Of a DNA stretch of 64,000 nucleotides, positions 1-8,503 are shown piece by piece. Made by a program: the position numbers and the translations under genes. Source of the stretch: an uncultured Clostridia bacterium (GTDB lineage Bacteria; Bacillota; Clostridia; Lachnospirales; CAMZNU01); assembly GCA_947313885.1 (NCBI GenBank), contig CAMZNU010000009.1:396-64395 (forward strand). The letters are read 5' to 3'. The notes beneath the pieces were generated by a model. The model searched no databases. It was not told where the DNA came from and worked only from the letters and a program-made list of their open reading frames with translations. Every line of letters begins with the position of its first letter. The first letter of the stretch is position 1.

Positions 1-38
1 TGGTGGGCGACTGCCTGGGAGAGTAAGTGGTTGCCAGA
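1..38 (+). rRNA. rrf: 5S rRNA, 3'-terminal fragment (gene begins upstream of window)
   Basis: GCCTGGGAGAGTAAGTGGTTGCCAG matches the conserved 3' end of bacterial 5S rRNA. A tRNA cluster follows directly, as at the distal end of rrn operons. Confidence 0.55.
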
Positions 39-46
39 TTCAATGT

Positions 47-121
<75 letters not shown>

Positions 122-137
122 TATTTTTCTTTTATAT

Positions 138-211
138 GTATCTGTAGCTCAGCTGGATAGAGCAACGGCCTTCTAAGCCGTAGGTCAGGGGTTCGAATCC
201 CTTCAGGTACG
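138..211 (+). tRNA. tRNA-Arg (anticodon TCT)
   Basis: Acceptor GTATCTG/CAGGTAC (one G-U), D-arm AGCTCAGCTGGATAGAGC, anticodon loop CT-TCT-AA, T-loop GGTTCGAATCC. Confidence 0.9.
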
Positions 212-221
212 TTTTTTATAT

Positions 222-294
222 GGTGGGTGTAGTTCAGGGGTAGAGCGCCAGATTGTGGTTCTGGTTGTCGTGGGTTCAAATCCCATCATCCACC
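222..294 (+). tRNA. tRNA-His (anticodon GTG) with encoded G-1
   Basis: Extra 5' G pairs with C73, which is the His identity element. Anticodon stem CCAGA/TCTGG with loop TT-GTG-GT, T-loop GGTTCAAATCC. Confidence 0.9.
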
Positions 295-303
295 CTTTTA
301 TAA

Positions 304-376
304 GGGTCACTAGCTCAGTTGGTAGAGCACTGGACTTTTAATCCAGTTGTCCCGGGTTCGAACCCCGGGTGACTCA
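304..376 (+). tRNA. tRNA-Lys (anticodon TTT), copy 1
   Basis: Acceptor GGGTCAC/GTGACTC, anticodon stem CTGGA/TCCAG with loop CT-TTT-AA, T-arm CCGGGTTCGAACCCCGG. Confidence 0.92.
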
Positions 377-380
377 TTTA

Positions 381-402
381 AAATCTCTTTGGAGATTTTT
401 TT
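381..402 (+). terminator. rho-independent terminator after tRNA-Lys copy 1
   Basis: Hairpin AAATCTC-tttg-GAGATTT followed by a T-run. Confidence 0.6.
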
Positions 403-436
403 ATTGAATTAATTAAAAAGTAATATAAAAAAGCAA

Positions 437-509
437 GGGTCACTAGCTCAGTTGGTAGAGCACTGGACTTTTAATCCAGTTGTCCCGGGTTCGAACCCCG
501 GGTGACTCA
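437..509 (+). tRNA. tRNA-Lys (anticodon TTT), copy 2 (identical to copy 1)
   Basis: 73 nt identical to 304-376. Confidence 0.92.
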
Positions 510-512
510 TTC

Positions 513-547
513 AAAAACATTAGAATCATAATTTCTAGTGTTTTTTT
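513..547 (+). terminator. rho-independent terminator closing the rrn/tRNA cluster
   Basis: Hairpin ACATTAGAA-(7 nt)-TTCTAGTGT (one G-U) followed by T7. Confidence 0.65.
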
Positions 548-687
548 GTTATATAGAAGAAAATATTGAATATATATATTAAGTACATATATAAATAATT
601 GACCAATAAAATAAGTACATTAAATGACAAACATATAGTAATAAAACATAGGACAAGTACATAGGTATATAACACAAGGAGGTAATT

Positions 688-3153
688 ATGAAAGTAGTAA
701 TTATAAAATTAAGGATAATATTAACTATGGTTATAATTTTTATGATGGCTGGGTGTGTCAACAAAGAAGATGCTAAGAAAGAGTTAAACATACTAGATAT
801 TAAAAAGTCCAATGTAGTTAATAGTGATGAAGCAAAAAATGATAACGAAAGCATAAAAAGAGTTGAAGTAGCTAGAATGTTAGGTTTAACATTTGCAAAT
901 GATGATGAAATAAATGATATTGAAAGAGAGATAACATATAAAGATGTAGATTATAGCAAAGAAGAATCAATATATATAACATTAGTATCCAATTTAAAAA
1001 TCATGTCAGGAGATAATGAAGAATTTAGAGGAGATGATAACTTAACAACAAAAGAAGCGGTGTACTTATTAGAAAAAATAAATGAAAAAAATAAATATAA
1101 TATTTATATAGACGAAAAAAATGCAAATAATCCTATATCGAGAGAATTATGGACAGAATTATTTATAAAAACTTTAGAGGATATGTCAGAAGGGGAAAAT
1201 TTATATAAGAAGTATAACTTAGAAAAAGAAAATATAATAATATTAGCAACAAATAATAAAAATAAAAAAATACCAGAAAATTATGTGATAACGAATAAAG
1301 GTTCAAGAAAAGTAGGAGTAATTGATTTAACAAAATATATAGATAATGAATTAGAAGTAATACTTAAAAATGGTGAAATTATAGGTGTAATGAATATATT
1401 AACGGTAGAGCCTACAATAAAAAATGCTTATATAGTATCGAATACATCTACATCAATAATAATATTTTCAGGTGGAGTGGAAAGGGAATACGTATTAATA
1501 AGCGGAATTGAAGAAAATTATAGCGGGAGTATATGTGATATTAACATTAAAGAAGGAATAGTATCGCGTTTAACAATATATGAAGAAGGTTATGTAGATA
1601 AAGTTATGAAATATAATAAAAATATTATGGAATTGCAAAACAAAGGAAATATGGAATTAGAGGAAGATTATGAAGTGTACTATATAAATAATGATATGAT
1701 GAGCTATAAAGGGTTTAATGATGTAGTAGTAGGTTATGGGGATGTAAGACACTTTATTAAAGACGAGAAAATAATAGCATCGGTTGTATTTGGAGAAATA
1801 GAACCTAAAAATATAAGGGTATTAATAAAAGATACAGCATTTAAAAATGAAATTCATGAAGAAGTAGAATTAGAAGTTGATGGTGATTATAAAATCATTT
1901 ATGGAAATGAAGAAGAAAGTCATAATAAGGGACATATATTCAAAATAGGTATAGAGGATAAAAACAAATATGGTGAAAAAAGAATATATGTACTGCCAGA
2001 AGATAAAAATAGTAGAATAAAAATTAATAGTATAAAAAGAAACTATGTAGATGATAAATCACCAGAATATCGCGGAATAATAGAATTGCAATATAGAGAT
2101 AAAAGTATAGTTATTGTTAATGAGTTAGATTTAGAGGAGTATTTATATGCTATAATACCTAGTGAAATGCCTATGAGTTTTGGGTTAGAGGCATTAAAAG
2201 TACAAAGTATTACGGCAAGAAGTTATGCATATAACCAGATATTTAGAAATAGGTTTAAAGAATACGGTGCTAATGTAGATGATTCTGTAATAAGCCAAGT
2301 GTATAATAATATAGAAGAACAAACATTAGGAGTAGAAGCAGTTGATAAAACAAAAGGTATTTATTTAGAAAGTGGAGGTAAAGTTATAAGTGCGAATTTT
2401 TATTCTACATCATCAGGAAACTCAGCAAATAGTGGAGATGTATGGTTTAATAGTAAAAATAAAAAATTTCCAACGTCAACAAAAGAGTATCTAAAGTCAA
2501 ACAAATTATATGAAGGAAAAGACTATGGAGACTTAAAAGAAGAATCCAATATGAGAAATTACATATTAGATCAAAATATTGAAAGTTATGACGCTCATAG
2601 TAGATGGTTTAGATGGGACGTTACTATGACGAGTGAGGAAATAAGAGATAGTATAAATAAAAGTATAAATTCTAGATATAAAGTAAATCAACACATGTTT
2701 AAATTTACTAATAAAGAAGGTAACAAAATAGAAGTAGATGATAATATAGAAGTTAAAAGTATAATAAACATAGAAATATTAGATAGAGGTGATGGAGGAA
2801 TAATAAGAAAACTATTAATATCAGATGAAGAAAAAGATATAGAAATAAAAGGTGAATATAACATAAGATTATTATTAGCACCGAAAAAAGCAGACGATAG
2901 TAAAAAAGATATAGTACTAAATAGGAAAGGGGATACATTAAAAAATTATAGTTTATTACCTAGTGGATTTTTTATAATAGACGATGAAACAGTAGACGAT
3001 GGAAAAGTACAATTTAAAATAAGTGGTGGTGGAAATGGTCATGGAGTTGGAATGAGTCAAAATGGTGTTAAGCAAATGGCTATGGAAGGCAAGAAATATG
3101 AAGAAATATTAAAGTATTATTATAAAGGTGTTGATATAAGGACAACAATGTAG
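688..3153 (+). CDS. SpoIID/LytB domain-containing lipoprotein (821 aa, long N-terminal extension)
   Basis: The C-terminal ~350 aa carry SpoIID-family blocks (ALKVQSITARSYAY, NFYSTSSGNSANSGDVW, GHGVGMSQNGVKQMA). The N-terminus has a signal peptide with lipobox MMAGC. SD AAGGAGG lies upstream. Confidence 0.85.
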   Translation: MKVVIIKLRIILTMVIIFMMAGCVNKEDAKKELNILDIKKSNVVNSDEAKNDNESIKRVEVARMLGLTFANDDEINDIEREITYKDVDYSKEESIYITLVSNLKIMSGDNEEFRGDDNLTTKEAVYLLEKINEKNKYNIYIDEKNANNPISRELWTELFIKTLEDMSEGENLYKKYNLEKENIIILATNNKNKKIPENYVITNKGSRKVGVIDLTKYIDNELEVILKNGEIIGVMNILTVEPTIKNAYIVSNTSTSIIIFSGGVEREYVLISGIEENYSGSICDINIKEGIVSRLTIYEEGYVDKVMKYNKNIMELQNKGNMELEEDYEVYYINNDMMSYKGFNDVVVGYGDVRHFIKDEKIIASVVFGEIEPKNIRVLIKDTAFKNEIHEEVELEVDGDYKIIYGNEEESHNKGHIFKIGIEDKNKYGEKRIYVLPEDKNSRIKINSIKRNYVDDKSPEYRGIIELQYRDKSIVIVNELDLEEYLYAIIPSEMPMSFGLEALKVQSITARSYAYNQIFRNRFKEYGANVDDSVISQVYNNIEEQTLGVEAVDKTKGIYLESGGKVISANFYSTSSGNSANSGDVWFNSKNKKFPTSTKEYLKSNKLYEGKDYGDLKEESNMRNYILDQNIESYDAHSRWFRWDVTMTSEEIRDSINKSINSRYKVNQHMFKFTNKEGNKIEVDDNIEVKSIINIEILDRGDGGIIRKLLISDEEKDIEIKGEYNIRLLLAPKKADDSKKDIVLNRKGDTLKNYSLLPSGFFIIDDETVDDGKVQFKISGGGNGHGVGMSQNGVKQMAMEGKKYEEILKYYYKGVDIRTTM

Positions 3154-3179
3154 CTATATGCTATATTGTTGTCTTTTTT
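3141..3179 (+). terminator. rho-independent terminator
   Basis: GACAACAAT-(15 nt)-ATTGTTGTC followed by T6. It overlaps the stop codon. Confidence 0.7.
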
Positions 3180-3245
3180 ATTAGTTGAATAGACAAGCAT
3201 GATTAATTACAATATTAGTATAAAAGATTAAGGATGGAGGAGAAT

Positions 3246-3584
3246 ATGAGCATAAAAGTAAAAACAGAACAAAGCTTTTTAGTAGTTAATCTAGAAGGTG
3301 AAATAGATCACCATAATGCTAGTAAAATAAGATTAGAATTAGATAAAAAAATAAGTGAAACAGATAAAAAAAAATTAATATTAAATTTTGAAGATGTTAG
3401 TTTTATGGATAGTTCAGGAATAGGACTGATTATAGGACGATATAAAATAATGAAAAATTTAAAAGGTGAAATATACGCAACTAACTTATCTAAGGAATTG
3501 TATAGAATATTTGATATATCAGGATTATTTAGATTAATAAAGCATTATGATACAGTGGAACAATGCAAAAAAACAGAAAGTTAA
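3246..3584 (+). CDS. spoIIAA: anti-sigma F factor antagonist SpoIIAA (STAS domain)
   Basis: STAS-fold sequence with the phosphorylatable-Ser motif FMDSSGIG. First gene of a spoIIAA-spoIIAB-sigF triad. Start moved from ORF-track 3234 to the ATG behind GGAGGAG. Confidence 0.9.
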   Translation: MSIKVKTEQSFLVVNLEGEIDHHNASKIRLELDKKISETDKKKLILNFEDVSFMDSSGIGLIIGRYKIMKNLKGEIYATNLSKELYRIFDISGLFRLIKHYDTVEQCKKTES

Positions 3585-3594
3585 GGGGGATAAA

Positions 3595-4026
3595 ATGTAT
3601 ACAAATGAAATAACATTAATATTAAGCTGTAAGTCAGAAAATGAGGGATTAGCAAGAATGTGCATATCGGGATTTTTGATGAAATTAGATCCAACGATAG
3701 AGGAGTTAAATGATATAAAAACGGCTTTATCCGAAGGTGTAACAAATGCAATTATACATGGTTACGAGCAAAAAGAGGGAGAAGTAATTTTAAAATGTAG
3801 AATAGAAGGGAGAAAAGTATACATAGAGATAAAGGATAAAGGTGTAGGGATAGAAAATATAGAGCAAGCCACAACACCGATGTATACGAGTAAGCCACAA
3901 TTAGAACGTTCGGGAATGGGATTTACAATAATGGAAACATTTATGGATGATCTAGAAATAATATCAAATAAAGAGAGTGGTACAATTATTAGAATGCATA
4001 AAACATTATGTAACACCTCTGAATAG
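3595..4026 (+). CDS. spoIIAB: anti-sigma F factor / serine kinase SpoIIAB
   Basis: GHKL-type kinase motifs (EGVTNAIIHG, IKDKGVGI, SGMGFTIM). Start placed at the ATG behind GGGGGA (ORF track begins at 3547, inside spoIIAA). Confidence 0.9.
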   Translation: MYTNEITLILSCKSENEGLARMCISGFLMKLDPTIEELNDIKTALSEGVTNAIIHGYEQKEGEVILKCRIEGRKVYIEIKDKGVGIENIEQATTPMYTSKPQLERSGMGFTIMETFMDDLEIISNKESGTIIRMHKTLCNTSE

Positions 4027-4037
4027 GGGTTGGTATA

Positions 4038-4757
4038 ATGGAAGATATATATGAATTAATATCAAAGGCACAAGCAGGTGATAAAAGGGCGACGGAAGAG
4101 ATTGTTGAAAATAATATAGGTTTAATATGGAGTGTAGTAAAGAAATTTACAAATAGAGGTCATGATGCGGATGACTTATTTCAGATAGGGGCGATAGGAT
4201 TAATAAAGTGTATAAACAAATTTAATTTAGAATATGATGTAAAATTTTCAACCTATGCAGTACCTATGATAATAGGGGAGATAAAAAGATTTTTAAGAGA
4301 CGATGGAATGATAAAAATTTCAAGACCGCTAAAAGAATTGCATGTAAAAGTTAAATATTTACATGATACTATGTTAAAAGAGACAGGTGAAGAACCTAAA
4401 ATAAGTGAGATGGCAAAGAGACTAAATGTAAATATTGAAGAGTTATTGTTATCGATGGAGGCGTGTAAAGATATTGAGTCTTTGTATTCTGTAGTTTATC
4501 AAGGTGATGGAAATTCTATATATTTAATAGATAAAATAAGTAGTCAAGGGTCGGAGGAAGATGTAATAATTGAAAATTTAACATTAAATGAAATATTGGA
4601 CAAGCTAAAACCAAAAGAGCGTGAAATAATAAAATTAAGATATTTTCAAGATAAAACACAAACAGAGGTAGCATATGAAGTTGGGGTATCACAGGTACAA
4701 ATATCTAGAATAGAAAAAAAAGTATTGGAAACGATGCGACGACATATAAAAGTATGA
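4038..4757 (+). CDS. sigF: RNA polymerase sporulation sigma factor SigF
   Basis: Sigma-70 regions 2-4 (DLFQIGAIGLIKCINKF, TQTEVAYEVGVSQVQISRIEKK). Position directly after spoIIAA/AB. Confidence 0.9.
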   Translation: MEDIYELISKAQAGDKRATEEIVENNIGLIWSVVKKFTNRGHDADDLFQIGAIGLIKCINKFNLEYDVKFSTYAVPMIIGEIKRFLRDDGMIKISRPLKELHVKVKYLHDTMLKETGEEPKISEMAKRLNVNIEELLLSMEACKDIESLYSVVYQGDGNSIYLIDKISSQGSEEDVIIENLTLNEILDKLKPKEREIIKLRYFQDKTQTEVAYEVGVSQVQISRIEKKVLETMRRHIKV

Positions 4758-4781
4758 TAATTTTATTATCATACTTTTTTT
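4751..4781 (+). terminator. rho-independent terminator of the spoIIA operon
   Basis: AGTATGATAA-tttta-TTATCATACT followed by T7. Confidence 0.75.
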
Positions 4782-4826
4782 ATTTGGGAATAGAATAAAT
4801 TATAATGAAAAATGGAGGATAATAAG

Positions 4827-5225
4827 ATGGGTGCAAAAATAATAGTAATATCGTTAAAAAGTGTAATAAAAGTTGGTGTGATAGGATTATGTATATTAAT
4901 AGGTTTAATTTTATTGGGGAAGGGACTTAGTAAAAATGTAGATGAACAGTATAAGTTTAAGGCAGGAGAATATGTGAAAGAGTTTTACATAGATGATGAA
5001 ATTGTGTATATAAAAGTAGAGTTAGGAAAAGATTACATAGACAACATTACATTTGAAGGTATTAAAAATGAAGAGGTAAGAGAATTATTAAGAGAATTAG
5101 CAAAACAAATATTAGAAATTCAAAGTACGGAGATAGAACTAGGTGATGAAGGAAGTGAAAATATAAAACAAATATTAGATATTATAAATAGTGCTATAAA
5201 AGATGGGACAAAAAATATTGAATAA
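4827..5225 (+). CDS. hypothetical membrane-anchored protein (single N-terminal TM helix)
   Basis: ORF with SD GGAGGA before the ATG at 4827. Hydrophobic segment VGVIGLCILIGLILLG. No recognisable domain. Confidence 0.55.
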   Translation: MGAKIIVISLKSVIKVGVIGLCILIGLILLGKGLSKNVDEQYKFKAGEYVKEFYIDDEIVYIKVELGKDYIDNITFEGIKNEEVRELLRELAKQILEIQSTEIELGDEGSENIKQILDIINSAIKDGTKNIE

Positions 5226-5246
5226 CGGAATAAAAAGTGATATACT
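5218..5246 (+). promoter_or_regulatory. sigma-A-type promoter (TTGAAT-17 nt-TATACT) for the CoADR-RHD/YeeE unit
   Basis: Hexamers and 17-nt spacer read directly, about 70 nt upstream of the 5315 start. Confidence 0.5.
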
Positions 5247-5250
5247 AAAT

Positions 5251-5284
5251 TATTCGAATTTGGTTATTATTCGAATTTGGTTAT
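5251..5284 (+). repeat. perfect tandem duplication of a 17-bp unit TATTCGAATTTGGTTAT (candidate operator)
   Basis: 5251-5267 and 5268-5284 are identical. Each unit contains the palindrome ATTCGAAT. The repeat starts 5 nt after the putative -10. Confidence 0.8.
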
Positions 5285-5314
5285 AAATGTAATAAGTATA
5301 GAATAGGAGGAAAT

Positions 5315-7024
5315 ATGAAAAAAAGAATATTAATTGTAGGTGGAGTAGCAGGTGGAGCATCAGCAGCGGCGCGATGTAGAAGATTAGACGAAGATGCAGA
5401 AATAATAATGTTTGAAAGAGGACCAGTAGTATCATTTTCAAATTGTTGTTTACCATACCATATCTCTGGCGTAGTAGAAAAAGAAGAAACATTAATTTTA
5501 ATGACACCAGAAAAGTTTAAAGGTCAGTACAACATAGATGCAAAGGTAAATAGCAATGTGGTAGCTGTAAATACAGATGCTAAAACAATAGATGTAGAAA
5601 ATACATTAACTAAAGAGGTAGTTACAGAAAAATATGATTCTTTAGTAATCTCGCCAGGGGCGGACGCAATAGTTCCACCTTTTAAAGGGTTAGATAAAAT
5701 AGATTCATTTGTATTAAAAACAGTACCAGATGTTTCTAAAATAATGAAATTTATAAGTGAAAAAGATCCTAAACATATTACAGTTGTAGGTGGTGGATTT
5801 ATAGGATTAGAAGCAGCAGAAAATTTAAGAGAAAGAGGAATAGAAGTTACTTTAGTAGAAGGTACTAATCAAATAATACCGTTTGTAGATAGAGAAATAT
5901 CATATTTTGGTCAAAAAGAAATGATAAATCACGGTGTAGAAATAATATTAGAAGATTTAGTAGAAGGATTTGATACAGGAAAAGTATTATTAAAATCAGG
6001 AAAAGAAATAAATACTGATGGTGTAATATTAGGAATAGGAGTAAGACCATCAACAGGATTTTTAAAAGACTCTGGAATAGAGTTAACAGATAGAGGTTTT
6101 ATAGTTACTAATGATAATTATGAAACTACAGCTAAAGATGTTTATGCTGTAGGTGATGCAATTTTAATTAAAAATAAAATAACAGGTAAATTAATGCCAT
6201 TATCAATGGCAGGACCAGCTAACAAACAAGGAAGACTTGTAGCAGATAAAATTAATGGTAGAAAAATAGTTAATAAAGGTTACATTGGTTCAGGAGTAGT
6301 TAAATTATTTGATCTTCATATAGGCACAACAGGAGTATCAGAAAAACTATTATTAGGTACGGGAATTGATTATAGAGTAGCATATGCAGCACCTCCAGGA
6401 ATTGTAGGTATTATGCCAAAGGCACATTTAGTTTTTTCTAAATTAATATTTGAAAAGAAAACAGGTAAAGTATTAGGTGCACAGTTTGCAACTACAGGTT
6501 CAGCGGACAAAAGAGCAGATGTTATAGCTACAGCAATTAAAGCAGGTATGACAGTTGAAGATTTATCAGATTTAGAATTAACGTATGCACCATCATTTGG
6601 AACAGGTAAAGACGTAGTTAATAAAATAGGTTATATAGCATCAAATTTAAAAGAAGATAGTTATAAACAAGTAACATTTATGAAAGTATATGACTTACTA
6701 AAAGAAAAAGCACAAGTAATAGACGTAAGAGAAGTGAATGAATATGAATCAGGACATATAAAAGGTACGGTAAATATACCTATGAGTGTAATGAGAAATA
6801 GATTAGATGAAATAGATAAATCAAAACCTGTTTATGTTCACTGTAGAACAGGTGAGAGATCATACAATATGACATTAATGCTTCAATCTAAAGGTTTCGA
6901 TGTTAAAAATATAGCAGGTAGTTATGAATTTATTAAAACTTATGAAGAAGTATCATGTTACAACAATCCAGAAAGAGAAAATATTATGGTAGGGGATTGT
7001 TCTGTAGGTTGTTGCAAAAACTAA
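5315..7024 (+). CDS. CoA-disulfide/persulfide reductase with C-terminal rhodanese domain (CoADR-RHD type FAD oxidoreductase)
   Basis: FAD fold GGVAGGASAA, redox Cys motif SFSNCCLPY, second NAD(P)-binding GGGFIGLE, C-terminal rhodanese active-site loop HCRTGERS, Cys-rich tail CSVGCCKN. Confidence 0.85.
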   Translation: MKKRILIVGGVAGGASAAARCRRLDEDAEIIMFERGPVVSFSNCCLPYHISGVVEKEETLILMTPEKFKGQYNIDAKVNSNVVAVNTDAKTIDVENTLTKEVVTEKYDSLVISPGADAIVPPFKGLDKIDSFVLKTVPDVSKIMKFISEKDPKHITVVGGGFIGLEAAENLRERGIEVTLVEGTNQIIPFVDREISYFGQKEMINHGVEIILEDLVEGFDTGKVLLKSGKEINTDGVILGIGVRPSTGFLKDSGIELTDRGFIVTNDNYETTAKDVYAVGDAILIKNKITGKLMPLSMAGPANKQGRLVADKINGRKIVNKGYIGSGVVKLFDLHIGTTGVSEKLLLGTGIDYRVAYAAPPGIVGIMPKAHLVFSKLIFEKKTGKVLGAQFATTGSADKRADVIATAIKAGMTVEDLSDLELTYAPSFGTGKDVVNKIGYIASNLKEDSYKQVTFMKVYDLLKEKAQVIDVREVNEYESGHIKGTVNIPMSVMRNRLDEIDKSKPVYVHCRTGERSYNMTLMLQSKGFDVKNIAGSYEFIKTYEEVSCYNNPERENIMVGDCSVGCCKN

Positions 7025-7092
7025 AAAACTAGGTGTGAAACCACCCGTTTTTACATATAACAATAGGTATACAAATATAAACGGAGGTAATT

Positions 7093-8409
7093 ATGGAAGT
7101 AGGTCAAGTTGGTTTAAAGATGGAAAAAAATGAAGCTATAATAGGGATAATATTAGGACTACTTGTTCTTGTTACAGGTGAAAAATTATTAGGAAGTTCA
7201 ATGTTGTTTTTTAGATTATTAATAGGTATGGGATTTGGATATGCATTAACAAGAGCATTTATGGGATTTGCAGGTTCTATAAATAGAGCATATGATGCAG
7301 GCTCTACAAAATTGATGCAAATATTAGCATATATGTTTTTAATAACATCAATATTAATGGTGTCATTTTTATATAATGCAGATATATCTACATACGGTTT
7401 ATGGGTTAATCCTATAAATACAGGATTAATTATAGGTGGTATATTATTTGGATTTGGTATGACATTTTCAGTTTGTTGTGCATCTGGTGTTTTAACAGAT
7501 TTAGTAACGGGTGTTTCAAGAGGACTAATAACTTTATTATTTTTTGGCATGGGTGTATTTTTAGGATTCCCATTCCAAAGAGGGGCACAGTGGACGAAAG
7601 ATGCAGGGATATCAAATGATTGGATAAAAAAATCATGGTTTTCAACGGAAAGTTTTGAAAATGGTGTATATTTTCCAGACTTATTTAAAAATGATGGGCT
7701 ACAAGGATATTTAGGTGCAGTATTATTAACTACATTATTATGTGGAGTTGTAATATACTTATCAAAAAAATATGAAAAAGGTAGAAGAAACAAAGGTACT
7801 TTTATAGGTGTTCCTTCAGAAATAGCACAATGTGTAGTACTATCAGATTGTGATAAAAATGTTGAAGAGTTTAAACTTTTTAGCGAAGAAACATATGTTA
7901 GACTTTTTGTTAAACCATGGTCAATGACTATAGGTGCAAGTGTAATATCAGTATTATTTATAATTTTAACAGGTGTAACTAAAAGTGGATGGGGAGCATC
8001 TACACCATATGGTTGGTGGTTTGGAAAATTATTAATGGTATTTGGAGTATCAGCAGAATCATTAGGATCATTTACTAATTTTCCAGCAGAATCTTACTCA
8101 AATCCATTTTTCTCTAATCCTGTAAATACTCAAAACTTTGGTATTTTATTAGGAACAATTATTTGTTTATTATTAGCAGGTACTTTTAAAAGTACAGTTA
8201 CAACAGAAATTAAAATAACACCAAAGCAAGGATTATTATATGCAATGGGTGGATTATTAATGGGATTCGGAACAAGATTATCTAATGGTTGTAATGTAGG
8301 AGCTTTATATACACCAATAGCTAACTTTTCTTTAGCAGGTTGGGTATTCTTTGTTGTATTAGTTGCAGGTGGAATACTTGGTAATATAGTGGCAAAAAAA
8401 ATTAGATAG
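7093..8409 (+). CDS. YeeE/YedE family sulfur-compound (thiosulfate-type) transporter
   Basis: Polytopic membrane protein with the two family Cys motifs (FSVCCASGVL and LSNGCNVGALY). SD GGAGG. Confidence 0.85.
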   Translation: MEVGQVGLKMEKNEAIIGIILGLLVLVTGEKLLGSSMLFFRLLIGMGFGYALTRAFMGFAGSINRAYDAGSTKLMQILAYMFLITSILMVSFLYNADISTYGLWVNPINTGLIIGGILFGFGMTFSVCCASGVLTDLVTGVSRGLITLLFFGMGVFLGFPFQRGAQWTKDAGISNDWIKKSWFSTESFENGVYFPDLFKNDGLQGYLGAVLLTTLLCGVVIYLSKKYEKGRRNKGTFIGVPSEIAQCVVLSDCDKNVEEFKLFSEETYVRLFVKPWSMTIGASVISVLFIILTGVTKSGWGASTPYGWWFGKLLMVFGVSAESLGSFTNFPAESYSNPFFSNPVNTQNFGILLGTIICLLLAGTFKSTVTTEIKITPKQGLLYAMGGLLMGFGTRLSNGCNVGALYTPIANFSLAGWVFFVVLVAGGILGNIVAKKIR

Positions 8410-8425
8410 TAAAAAAAGTACAAAT

Positions 8426-8479
8426 AAAAAACCATGAAATTAAACACTTGAGAATAGTGTATTAGTTTCATGGTTTTTA
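8426..8479. terminator. bidirectional terminator between convergent genes
   Basis: ACCATGAAA ... TTTCATGGT with an inner ACACT/AGTGT stem, flanked by an A-run and a T-run. Confidence 0.65.
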
Positions 8480-8503
8480 TTATGTTTTAAAAATAGCATA
8501 ACG

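Noticed and set aside
579-854. 91-aa minus-strand ORF overlapping the start of the SpoIID-domain gene
   Set aside because: Low-complexity reverse-frame product that spans the promoter and SD of the + strand gene, with no signals of its own.
3547-3594. N-terminal extensions in the ORF track (3547, 9518, 13382, 15252, 30056, 33004, 33641, 34687, 53663, 55124)
   Set aside because: In each case an internal ATG or GTG lies 5-9 nt behind a strong GGAGG-type SD, and the extension overlaps the preceding gene or the SD itself. Shorter starts were used.
7104-7793. 229-aa minus-strand ORF inside the YeeE gene (and the 71-aa ORF at 7430-7645)
   Set aside because: These are antisense shadow ORFs of a conserved transporter gene, with low-complexity sequence and no ribosome-binding site.
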